Assembly: GCA_028285205.1 (NCBI GenBank)
Contig: JANQQA010000294.1
Location: 2,021 to 66,020, forward strand
Length of the DNA: 64,000 nucleotides
Source: Bythopirellula sp.
GTDB lineage: Bacteria > Planctomycetota > Planctomycetia > Pirellulales > Lacipirellulaceae
Direction: 5' to 3'
The notes beneath the pieces are model-generated. The model did not search any database. It was given only the letters and a program-made list of their open reading frames with translations, and had not been told where the DNA came from. Position numbers and translations under genes: made by a program. Below, in pieces: positions 43,971-52,092 of this stretch (the first letter of the stretch is position 1; every line of letters starts with the position of its first letter).

Positions 43971-44278
43971 CCAATCACCTCCTTGCAATGAGGACAACGC
44001 GGTTCCAGTTTATCCAGCCTCTTGAAATGCTGCCGCTTGTCGTCCTCCAACGCACGTTCCGTTTCCTTCCCCTTGTTCCGCTTGTCACTGGTAAAATACT
44101 TCATGCACGTCGAGATAAACGTCGAGCGATTGTCTACCGCCCATTCAAGAATGAATTGTGCGGCACTCGACGGAGGGTCTGGCAGCAAGTCTTTCCCTAG
44201 ATTCGAGTACGCCCATTGCAGGTCACGCTCGAAGTCTTCCGAATCTGCCAGTGCGTCGATATTCAGTTCGTCGCTCAA
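43967..44278 (-). CDS. Hypothetical protein (small-terminase position)
   Basis: 103 aa with C-terminal CPHC. The function is guessed only from position upstream of terL. Confidence 0.7.
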   Translation of the reverse strand: MSDELNIDALADSEDFERDLQWAYSNLGKDLLPDPPSSAAQFILEWAVDNRSTFISTCMKYFTSDKRNKGKETERALEDDKRQHFKRLDKLEPRCPHCKEVIG

Positions 44279-44778
44279 TTGTCGCTACCGTCTCCGTCTC
44301 GCTTACCGAAGAAGAATTCCGCATCGCTCATTCCGCCACTGCTTGTCGCTACAGGCTCTTGTTTGTTCTCGCTGACCCACTGCTCATACTGCGACTCGTC
44401 CACCTGAAAGCCTTCCAGTGTAATGACGCCACAGTTGAAAAACGGTGGCTCTTGCCCGTCTTTGTAACTTGGCAGTTCGGCATACTTGAATCGCCGCAGA
44501 AAGTTACGCGCGTAACGCTCAACATCCGCCAGGTACTTTACCAACAGTTCCTCACCCATCACCATTGCGTCACGGCGAGAAAAGTCTACTCGCATTGAGG
44601 CAGTCTTGTAGGGGTGGTCGAGGCCAAGTACACGATCAGCCCAAGCAATCCATCGCATCTCCGGCCAATGATATAGACATGTCATGCGAGCGGAGATGTT
44701 GTCTTCGGGCGTCAACAAACCCAAGTCTACCGTTCCAGCCCGCCTAATAATCTCCGACTCTTCGCCAAATGTCCGCAT
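44275..44778 (-). CDS. Hypothetical protein
   Basis: 167-aa ORF with an ATGA overlap. Confidence 0.75.
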   Translation of the reverse strand: MRTFGEESEIIRRAGTVDLGLLTPEDNISARMTCLYHWPEMRWIAWADRVLGLDHPYKTASMRVDFSRRDAMVMGEELLVKYLADVERYARNFLRRFKYAELPSYKDGQEPPFFNCGVITLEGFQVDESQYEQWVSENKQEPVATSSGGMSDAEFFFGKRDGDGSDN

Positions 44779-44850
44779 GCGTCATTCCACCCAAAATGTC
44801 GAAAAACGCCTTGTTTTTCTCGAAGGGCCAAATTGGCACTTCGAGAGATT

Positions 44851-45195
44851 TCACAACTCAATGAACCCGTCATTCACCACGTCCACTCCCACCGCAAACT
44901 GCTTCACCTGTGGATTATACCCAGAAGCGCAGAAGCGGTCATAGCCGTATGTGATCGGAATACGCTTACGCTCGTAGATGAACGACCTGTACCACGCGAC
45001 GACCTCACCGTTGTAGTCGATCATCCCTTGATACTCTGTCCCCAACAACTGCTCACGGGCGCGTAGTTCGCGAATACCCGCTTCCCACTCTGCGACACGT
45101 GCGTCGTCTACCAGTATTTCCTCTGGCAATACCCCGTGTTCTTCAAGGAACTCGCGGCAGAGTTCGCCGCAGTCTGCCTGCATGCTGATTGACAC
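44851..45195 (-). CDS. Hypothetical protein
   Basis: 114-aa ORF. Confidence 0.7.
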   Translation of the reverse strand: MSISMQADCGELCREFLEEHGVLPEEILVDDARVAEWEAGIRELRAREQLLGTEYQGMIDYNGEVVAWYRSFIYERKRIPITYGYDRFCASGYNPQVKQFAVGVDVVNDGFIEL

Positions 45196-45197
45196 GA

Positions 45198-45425
45198 CTA
45201 CTCCTTCAGCATACTGGGAATCACCAACAACGCCTCTTTGCCGGTTTCGGTGTTGCGGGCCAGAACCTCTGCGTGCCCATTTGCCTCTAACTGCTGGAGC
45301 GTGCGGACAATAGACACCGACATACGCACGCCTTCAGCCAGCGACGAGACACCCGATTCTTCGACAAGCGACTCCAACATCGCCAGAGTTTTGTCGTCGA
45401 ATGAGATTAAGATACGCTTCCCCAT
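45198..45425 (-). CDS. Ribbon-helix-helix (CopG/Arc-like) DNA-binding protein
   Basis: Internal ATG of ORF 45198..45707: MGKRILISFDDKTLAMLESLVEESG.., a beta-alpha-alpha start. First gene of the leftward operon. Confidence 0.7.
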   Translation of the reverse strand: MGKRILISFDDKTLAMLESLVEESGVSSLAEGVRMSVSIVRTLQQLEANGHAEVLARNTETGKEALLVIPSMLKE

Positions 45426-45475
45426 TGATTCACTTTCTATATCAGGTATGATACCTCCTGTGGAATTCAATGCAA
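45425..45475. promoter_or_regulatory. Divergent promoters sharing a 13-bp palindrome
   Basis: AGGTATGATACCT at 45444-45456. Plus strand: TTGATT-16-TATGAT. Minus strand: TTGCAT-16-TATCAT. Both -10 boxes lie inside the palindrome. Confidence 0.5.
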
Positions 45476-45495
45476 CCGCAAAGTGAGACAGGCCA

Positions 45496-45843
45496 ATGAC
45501 AACACGCAGAACATTTATCGGCACGGCACTCGCAGCGATCCCACTGGTCAAAATGCTGCCGCAGTTGCCGGAACCCAAACCAGACACATACACGATTGGT
45601 TTGTGCGACGAACCAATCATTGCAATCTCACTGGACCCGTTGCTCGTCACGTTTAACGGGAAACCGGCCACAATGACACAGGACGGCAAATGGACAAAGT
45701 GCCGCATGTTTGATGACGAGTGGCTATTTGCGATTCGCTTGAGGCAGACGGCGAATTATGCCGTCGATGTTGACTACGTGGCCTACATGAGCAACATCAC
45801 CGGCGTTCCTGTATGTGAGCAATTTCGCAAGACGCATGGATAG
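45496..45843 (+). CDS. Tat-signal protein of unknown function
   Basis: MTTRRTFIGTALAAIPLV is a twin-arginine motif. Confidence 0.75.
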   Translation: MTTRRTFIGTALAAIPLVKMLPQLPEPKPDTYTIGLCDEPIIAISLDPLLVTFNGKPATMTQDGKWTKCRMFDDEWLFAIRLRQTANYAVDVDYVAYMSNITGVPVCEQFRKTHG

Positions 45844-45854
45844 GAGGCATCGCC

Positions 45855-46514
45855 ATGAACAATTGCGTCATCTACGCCCGCTACAGCCCGCGACCGGAAG
45901 ACTGCGACTCCATCGAAGTTCAAGAGTCGTTGGCGATGGCTCGCTGTGAGCGGGTGAACCTTCGCCCGGTCGCCCTGTTCTTCGACGAGAACACGTCAGC
46001 ACGCAAAGTCAAACTGCGAGACCGAAGCGGCGGGAGCCAGATGCTGGCGTACATTCGAGAGAACGGCATCCAGCACATCGTCACCAAGTCGCTCGACCGT
46101 ATGTTTCGCAACACAATCGACGGCTTGACCCAACTGGAAGAATGGGCCGAACAGAGCGTAATGCTCCACGATGCAGCACGAGGGGTTTCCGTGGACGTGG
46201 AGAACCCAGATAATGAATTCATCGTGACCATCCTGCTCGGCGTGTCTCAGGCTGAGGCCAAGCGCACGGCACGTCGCACCAGTGAGGCGATGCAGCACTA
46301 CCAGAAGCAGGGGCGGCGAATGTCTCGCTACCCTGATTTCTGGTCAACAGAACGCGGCCAGTCTCTCGCACCAACGGTTCGCCAGTGGAAGCAGGACGAA
46401 GCGTTGAGCTATCGGGGGATTGCTGAGAGATTGAATGAGCAGGGTTATGATCCACCGAACGGGAAGGGTTGGTATCACGGGATTATTGGGAAGTTGTTTC
46501 AGGAGACGGTATGA
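45855..46514 (+). CDS. Small serine recombinase (resolvase/invertase family)
   Basis: VIYARYSP (catalytic Ser context), SLDRMFRN, and a C-terminal HTH-like SYRGIAERLNEQG. Confidence 0.85.
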   Translation: MNNCVIYARYSPRPEDCDSIEVQESLAMARCERVNLRPVALFFDENTSARKVKLRDRSGGSQMLAYIRENGIQHIVTKSLDRMFRNTIDGLTQLEEWAEQSVMLHDAARGVSVDVENPDNEFIVTILLGVSQAEAKRTARRTSEAMQHYQKQGRRMSRYPDFWSTERGQSLAPTVRQWKQDEALSYRGIAERLNEQGYDPPNGKGWYHGIIGKLFQETV

Positions 46515-46518
46515 GAGA

Positions 46519-46956
46519 ATGGAATTCAAAGTAGTCGAAGCTCACGAGATTGTCTCCCAGTGCCTGCGATACATGGTCCGGTATCCGGTTCAGGAATGCG
46601 TTTTCCCTCGGCCCGGCAAGCCACATCCGGTTGGTATTCCTGATGGCTGTTTGGTTGTGTTTCTTGATATCAGTCACATGGACAACCCGGACGTTCCAGA
46701 TGATTTTTGCAAGCGGGCTGGTGGTGCAAAACGATCGCATAGCAGTGCCCGTTTCTTGGTTGACATCAATAAACTGCGTGATGCGGTTTTGCATGATGGG
46801 ATGCGATTTGTTCTGGATGAATTAGGCGAAGCGGTAGAACATGCCCTTGACAGAATTGAGTTTGCCGACCCTGAAACCGGGCGTGTCGATTATCCCGATG
46901 ACTTCACGGTTTTCAAGTATTACGTTCCGAATGTTGAATCAGAGGAATCGGCATGA
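46519..46956 (+). CDS. Hypothetical protein
   Basis: Internal ATG of ORF 46435..46956 (MEFKVVEAHEIV..). Confidence 0.7.
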   Translation: MEFKVVEAHEIVSQCLRYMVRYPVQECVFPRPGKPHPVGIPDGCLVVFLDISHMDNPDVPDDFCKRAGGAKRSHSSARFLVDINKLRDAVLHDGMRFVLDELGEAVEHALDRIEFADPETGRVDYPDDFTVFKYYVPNVESEESA

Positions 46957-47288
46957 GCGTTGAACTGGACCGCAAGGTGGCGGAAGCGATTGGGGTTGAG
47001 GGTGAATCCGGCCCGCTGATGAAAGTCACGGACGACAACGGAAACATCACGAAATTCATACGTGGCTTCGCGGACGGCCGGAACGTCTCGATGTTTCACC
47101 CAAGCAAAGACCTAAACGATGCGTTCTGGGCAGCGGAGCAAGTCAGCGACTTCATCCACGTCTCCAAGAATGAAGCAAGCAATGGTAGATATGAATCATC
47201 GCTACAACCGAATGTCTGGGGCATTCTTGCTGACACTCCGGCACTGGCCCTATGCAACGCCATCATCGCATTAAAGGAGCAGGCATGA
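46953..47288 (+). CDS. Hypothetical protein
   Basis: 111 aa with an ATGA overlap. Confidence 0.75.
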   Translation: MSVELDRKVAEAIGVEGESGPLMKVTDDNGNITKFIRGFADGRNVSMFHPSKDLNDAFWAAEQVSDFIHVSKNEASNGRYESSLQPNVWGILADTPALALCNAIIALKEQA

Positions 47289-48592
47289 AATATCTATTTA
47301 TCGGTGGACCACGGGATGGAGAACGGTTTGAGATTGAGGGGGCGGCCCCGTATCGGATTGGCGAGTACAGATTGATAGCTCAACTCGTGCTGGGCGACAA
47401 AGCGTACGGTCACACAGCAATGAGCTATATGGAATTAATCGCCCAACTGATTGAGCGGTATCCCGAACCGGAGAAGCCGGACGCATACAAGGTTACTGGA
47501 CCGTCGCCACTTGATTCCATCGGCACCGAAGAGGAATTGGCCGGCGACCTCGACGCGATTGGCAATTTGGTCGAGCGGTATTCCGGCCCTGAATCGCTTC
47601 AAGACAAAATGGTGGAATGCCACAAAAAACTTCAGGCGTTCCGCGAGGCCCGCAAGCAGGCCATGGAATCGTGTCTGTCAACAGGACCGTACGCCCCGCC
47701 CGACAACCTGTTTACGGCGTCCTGTGGGTGTGTGCTGGACGTGAATGGCTCGTCGGTTCGTTGCGAGAACATTGTTAGTCCGTGCGACTATTTCGGCAGT
47801 CTGCGGCCTTTCGATGGAAGCCGTGCCGTATGGGACCACTACGACGTTGTGTCTGCTGAATGGCGAGCGAGCCAGAAATCCGCAGCAACCCAACTCGTTG
47901 ACATGCTTCGGGAGTCCGGTGCAACCCATTACATCGAGAATGCATCTCTCGGAGCAGACGTAGTGGAACGCCTCGAAGTGGACACGAGCAGTAGCCAAGT
48001 CACCGTGACGCCACCTGCGGGCATGGACGGCTCCCCAATCACGTTTCGTTGCGTACCGTCGAGTGAGGGAGTGAATAAACCGCTCGAAGTCACCGAAATT
48101 CGCGTTGATGAAGCGACCGACGAGGCTGGTGAACCAACATTTCGCCGTGAGGCAGATGAGAACGGTATTCAGTGGATTGCAATGTCGAAGCCACTCAGTC
48201 CGTGGGAGCGGGAGATTCAGCAGGCCGTCAACAAGCGGTCGCAGGAGCACCGCGAGGAAGTGGAAGCCATCGCTGCGAAGTACGACCTTCCGCAGTTGAT
48301 GGATGTGGTGGCGTTCGAGGACGAGACGGTTGCCGATTCCGCCGAACCGAAACCGGACGGTACTTTCGGTGGCGTGCCGATTGTCTGGAAACAGGGGCTG
48401 GGGCCGGATGATGTCGAAGTGCTGCCGCCAATCGCGTCCACGAAGGAATCTGGGAAGGATTCGGAAGTGGAGTTCAACATCCGTGATGAGATTGTGTGCG
48501 ACTTCTCAATCTGCCCAGATTGCAACGGCACCGGCCAAATCGTTCTGTTCAATACGGTGGAACCGTGCAAGACGTGTCAGCCAGCGAATTGA
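47285..48592 (+). CDS. Hypothetical 435-aa protein with C-terminal CxxCxGxG zinc finger
   Basis: ATG 47285 with an ATGA overlap. CPDCNGTGQIV..CKTC at the C-terminus. Confidence 0.8.
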   Translation: MKYLFIGGPRDGERFEIEGAAPYRIGEYRLIAQLVLGDKAYGHTAMSYMELIAQLIERYPEPEKPDAYKVTGPSPLDSIGTEEELAGDLDAIGNLVERYSGPESLQDKMVECHKKLQAFREARKQAMESCLSTGPYAPPDNLFTASCGCVLDVNGSSVRCENIVSPCDYFGSLRPFDGSRAVWDHYDVVSAEWRASQKSAATQLVDMLRESGATHYIENASLGADVVERLEVDTSSSQVTVTPPAGMDGSPITFRCVPSSEGVNKPLEVTEIRVDEATDEAGEPTFRREADENGIQWIAMSKPLSPWEREIQQAVNKRSQEHREEVEAIAAKYDLPQLMDVVAFEDETVADSAEPKPDGTFGGVPIVWKQGLGPDDVEVLPPIASTKESGKDSEVEFNIRDEIVCDFSICPDCNGTGQIVLFNTVEPCKTCQPAN

Positions 48593-48609
48593 GTTACACG
48601 CGGAACCAA
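48590..48609 (+). repeat. Motif copy TGAGTTACACGCGGAACCAA
   Basis: Starts at the stop codon of the upstream gene, 14 nt before ATG 48623. Confidence 0.9.
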
Positions 48610-48622
48610 CGGAGGCAGGGGA

Positions 48623-48940
48623 ATGAGTGAGTACGGAGAACCGTGGGACGTCCAGCAGGATGCCACGTCGAAGGTGTTTCACTTGGGTTGCAAGGACAAC
48701 GAACTAACCAAGGGGTACGGCCTTTTTCTTGACGGGCGTCGTGCAGTAATTCTTTGCAATCGCAATCGCGAACTAATGGACAGGGTCGCAGCCTGCGTCA
48801 ACGCCATGCGATACGTGACCGATCCAGAGAAATTCATGGGGCACATTCGCTCGGCCATCCGAGAGCAGCATTCGATTGGTGGCATTTCGGAGCATATCGC
48901 TAAGGCGACAGAGTGCGGGGACTTCGAGGTTTACACGTGA
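48623..48940 (+). CDS. Hypothetical protein
   Basis: 105-aa ORF with GGAGG upstream. Confidence 0.75.
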   Translation: MSEYGEPWDVQQDATSKVFHLGCKDNELTKGYGLFLDGRRAVILCNRNRELMDRVAACVNAMRYVTDPEKFMGHIRSAIREQHSIGGISEHIAKATECGDFEVYT

Positions 48941-48999
48941 ACCGGACAGCCAGTAAGGGGTTTCCTTACGGTTATTCTTACTGAGTGCGAGGAGGAGAG

Positions 49000-49374
49000 A
49001 TGTTCGGACTGAAAAGGGCCAACTCATATCGCCAGCACATTCTCAAAGAGATTCACGACAAGCACGCGCAGAAGAAATCGCAGGATGCTCGCATTGTTGC
49101 CGACTCCACCGAACTGGCTTCAATCATCGGCCTGTCAGACAGCGACATCAGGCAAATGCACGAACTGCAAGTGCACGTAAACATTCCAGAAACCCCGTGC
49201 TATCTCGCCGCTGACCATCTCGGAGAATGGCAATACGTCCTGCGCCTCGGCTGCGGCCCAATGCATGGCTGGGACTACAAGTCGTATCCTGAGTGGCGTG
49301 AGGAAGCCAAGCGGATTCTGCGGGAAGGCTGGTCTGACCCGCCAAAAATCGGAACCATTGGTTCCGAAAACTGA
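49000..49374 (+). CDS. Hypothetical protein
   Basis: ATG 49000 preceded by GAGGAGGAGAG. Confidence 0.75.
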   Translation: MFGLKRANSYRQHILKEIHDKHAQKKSQDARIVADSTELASIIGLSDSDIRQMHELQVHVNIPETPCYLAADHLGEWQYVLRLGCGPMHGWDYKSYPEWREEAKRILREGWSDPPKIGTIGSEN

Positions 49375-49398
49375 CCTTGAGTACCTCTTGCGGAGAGA

Positions 49399-49680
49399 GT
49401 GAGTATGAGTGAGGGCAAGTATCGCATGGATGTCGTCTATCCGCTTGGCCAATTCGACATCACCGCAATGGATGTAATCATCGAAGACGCAGTTGGAAAA
49501 GAAAGCGAATCCAGTGGCGGAGGCATTGGTGGTCGCGACCTGCAATTCTACTTCGACAGTGAGAATGACCGCACAGTCGCGGCACTCGCTGTTGCGTCAA
49601 TTCAAGACCACCGAATCGACGTTGTTCGACGAACCGACTTGGACCCGCCGCGCGCCCCAGCACTGGAAAATGAAGCGTGA
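49399..49680 (+). CDS. Hypothetical protein
   Basis: 93-aa ORF (GTG 49399 or ATG 49405). Confidence 0.7.
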   Translation: MSMSEGKYRMDVVYPLGQFDITAMDVIIEDAVGKESESSGGGIGGRDLQFYFDSENDRTVAALAVASIQDHRIDVVRRTDLDPPRAPALENEA

Positions 49681-49775
49681 TTTCTGCGCGAAACTGACCT
49701 TGCACCCACCTTTGTAAAAACTACAATCAGCGGTGCACGGTTCAGCCGACAATACATTCGAGCGACTTTCGCTCA

Positions 49776-49820
49776 CCCCGCCTGCTGGACTGTGCAAACC
49801 CACCTTGGCGGGGTTTCTTA
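49776..49820 (+). terminator. Probable terminator of the 45.5-49.7 kb operon
   Basis: CCCCGCC (49776-49782) pairs with GGCGGGG (49807-49813), followed by TTTCTTA. The loop is long (24 nt). Confidence 0.5.
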
Positions 49821-51047
49821 TTGCTACGGAGAACTGATTGAGAGAAAGCTACCACGCAAGGCGTGCGACCCCATGACACCCAGCGACTACATGCCGGTCG
49901 CCCACATCCAGTTCGTTATCGCAAGGCATGTAACGAAGCCCAGTAAGAAGCACAGCCCCCCGCCGGGGAAATTTGAGGCGGGCCGGTAAGAAACGGTAGC
50001 GTCGTGATGATGCAACCTGAACCCTAAACGGGAACCGGATAACAAAATCGACGGCTGAACAACAGCGGACCCTGGGAAACGTGGTAGCGATGGCCAAACG
50101 CGCCGCGCCCGTGGCAATACCTACCCAGTCTCAATCATCAAGCACCCGTCGTGAGGATGCCGTCAGCCACAAAGCTGTCCTGACAGTTGCAGCGACGTTA
50201 AACAACTGCGGGGAAGGCACCTTTGGCGCTCTGGCCTCGTTCAGCACCACAACCCCGCACAAGCGACGTCAGAGCCTCTGAAAACACGTCAGCATTACCC
50301 AGCTTCACAGCAACAAGCGACAAGACACAGCGAACACCACCCATCTACCAAGCAGTCAGGCGGAAATTACCCATTGTGACAGGCGAAATTGAGGCGATTG
50401 GAGGGAGGTTAACTAGGGGTGTCACATCGCGACCGGGGTGGGGTGACGGTCAAGAATCGGGAGTCGCGGAAGCCTGGGGGTCCCACCCGTCGAAATTGCT
50501 CGCAAAACAGCGGTGTGTCGCAACGTGTTGGCATCAATAGCTTTGCGGTGGACGCAAACGTGCGGTTGCATCCATATGACAGCATGAGGCTGTGCGACTG
50601 GGTGCTGATGGCTGCGTGCAGCAGGGCCGGGCGTCGCCTGGCGGATCGGGCATGTGAGTGCACGCGCGGTGAGTTATCCCCCTGCCATCTGTCCACATTT
50701 CGAACAATGTGTTCGATATTGCAACACTTTCCGCTGTGCTGCTCGCTTTGTTGACTCGATTCTGTCTGGTGTATGTGCGCGAAACTACACACGTAGCGCG
50801 CGCGTAGCGCACAGTCCTCATAGGAACTCGCCCTGCTTCCCGCCTGTGTGGCGTTTGGGTGCCGAATACCGCAATCCGGGCGAATCCCGCTGTTCTTGCC
50901 AGATTGGCAGCCCTGAGAGGCCGCAGGAGCGACGATTGGACGCTGGCGTGAGGTGAAGCACGTATGAATTCGGGCCGATTGCCTGCTGTAATGCAAATCG
51001 AGACTACTCGCCTGCTGCCCTGTTGAGAGTCTGCTTGATCCACGCTG

Positions 51048-51278
51048 TCAGGTCTTTGGCGGCACGTCGGCTACCTGCTCCGGCTTGCGACCAGGGCGTC
51101 TCGTAGAGTCTTTGGACCAATCCTGAACAGCGCACAGCGAAACAATCCGACTGCCGTCGCCTAGCTCCACTGTCTCCACCTCTCCGCGAGCTATCGCCAT
51201 TGAGAGAGTCGAGCGATTGACACCTGCTGATCGGGCAGCGCCTGAGATTGATGCGTATTGTGCAGGATCGATTTTCAT
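51048..51278 (-). CDS. HTH DNA-binding protein (repressor/Cro-like)
   Basis: 76 aa with ASISGAARSAGVNRSTLSMAIARGEV as the HTH. A near-consensus promoter sits so close that the mRNA is essentially leaderless. Confidence 0.8.
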   Translation of the reverse strand: MKIDPAQYASISGAARSAGVNRSTLSMAIARGEVETVELGDGSRIVSLCAVQDWSKDSTRRPGRKPEQVADVPPKT

Positions 51279-51284
51279 GCTGAT

Positions 51285-51367
51285 ATTGTAGCGTGGAAAT
51301 TATTTTTGTCAAATCGTCAATTTTTATGTGATTGCCCCTTGCAATTGTTGACGACTTGTCAATAATG
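51285..51367. promoter_or_regulatory. Divergent promoter/operator region
   Basis: Minus strand: TTGACA (51312-51307), 16 nt, TACAAT (51290-51285), then 6 nt to the ATG. Plus strand: TTGCAA (51339-51344), 17 nt, ATAATG (51362-51367). Inverted 15-mers TTGTCAAATCGTCAA (51306-51320) and TTGACGACTTGTCAA (51348-51362). Confidence 0.55.
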
Positions 51368-51429
51368 GTGTGCATGCAAAACAAAACCCGCCACGAACTG
51401 AATCGCAGCGGGCAATGTATTCGAGTGTC

Positions 51430-51523
51430 GGAGGGTTGGCAGAGTGGCCGAATGCAGGTGACTGATAATCACCCAAAGCGTCTCATCAGGGCGTTTTCGC
51501 GGGTTCGAATCCCGCACCCTCCG
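51430..51523 (+). tRNA. Class II tRNA with a Ser-type body and anticodon GAU (Ile)
   Basis: Acceptor GGAGGGT/ACCCTCC and discriminator G73. D stem GCA/TGC with loop GAGTGGCCGAA. Anticodon stem GGTGA/TCACC with loop CTGATAA. A 25-nt variable region. T arm GCGGG-TTCGAAT-CCCGC. CCA is not encoded. Confidence 0.85.
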
Positions 51524-51588
51524 CACTCGTTTAGTTTATCGGCCAGCGTGACTGATTTCAATACCCTTTTGACTGGGAGGGTTGGACA

Positions 51589-51762
51589 ATGTATTTCGCT
51601 GGCAAACATTGGGGGCAATTTCGCACATTCAAAGCAGAATACGACGACGGACGTCCTGCGATTGCGTGCTGGCCTATCGATAACAACCGCCCTTGGTTTG
51701 TGATTTCCGTGGAACGATGGCTCACAGAGCGTCGAGAGGGAAATATCTACCCATCCGTATAA
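51589..51762 (+). CDS. Hypothetical 57-aa protein
   Basis: GGGAGG lies 9 nt upstream. MYFAGKHWGQFRTFKAEYDDGRPAIACWPIDNNRPWFVISVERW..*. Confidence 0.55.
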   Translation: MYFAGKHWGQFRTFKAEYDDGRPAIACWPIDNNRPWFVISVERWLTERREGNIYPSV

Positions 51763-51839
51763 AGCGAAACCAATAACGCGCCCAATCATTCGGCGCATCC
51801 CCCTGCCGCTTGCGGCGACACTATGAAAGGCTTGACGTT

Positions 51840-52025
51840 ATGACTGACAACGAGCGATACAGTGCAATCCTGAAGCTGGCGGAGGAATTTGGCGATCCAC
51901 GCCAGCAGGCTGAGGTCGGCAAGCACTTATGCCTGAACGCGGCAGAATACATCAGCCCACCCAGCCTGCAAATGTTTGTAACGGCCCTGACCGATCGCCA
52001 GCGTGACAGAAAAGCCACCAACTAA
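51840..52025 (+). CDS. Hypothetical protein
   Basis: ATG 51840 within ORF 51810..52025 (MTDNERYSAILKLAEEFGD..). Confidence 0.6.
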   Translation: MTDNERYSAILKLAEEFGDPRQQAEVGKHLCLNAAEYISPPSLQMFVTALTDRQRDRKATN

Positions 52026-52092
52026 AACGGCCCGATCTTGACCATCGAGACGAGCCTACACAATCCCAACTGATACCAGAAAGGTTACCGCA

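Noticed and set aside
50409-51043. The 195-aa and 169-aa minus-strand ORFs, and several 60-110-aa ORFs, in the 49.8-51.0 kb gap.
   Set aside because: The translations are low-complexity R/S/A/P/C strings without starts or RBS. Reading through single stop types (a TGA or TAG recoding test) did not produce protein-like sequence either.
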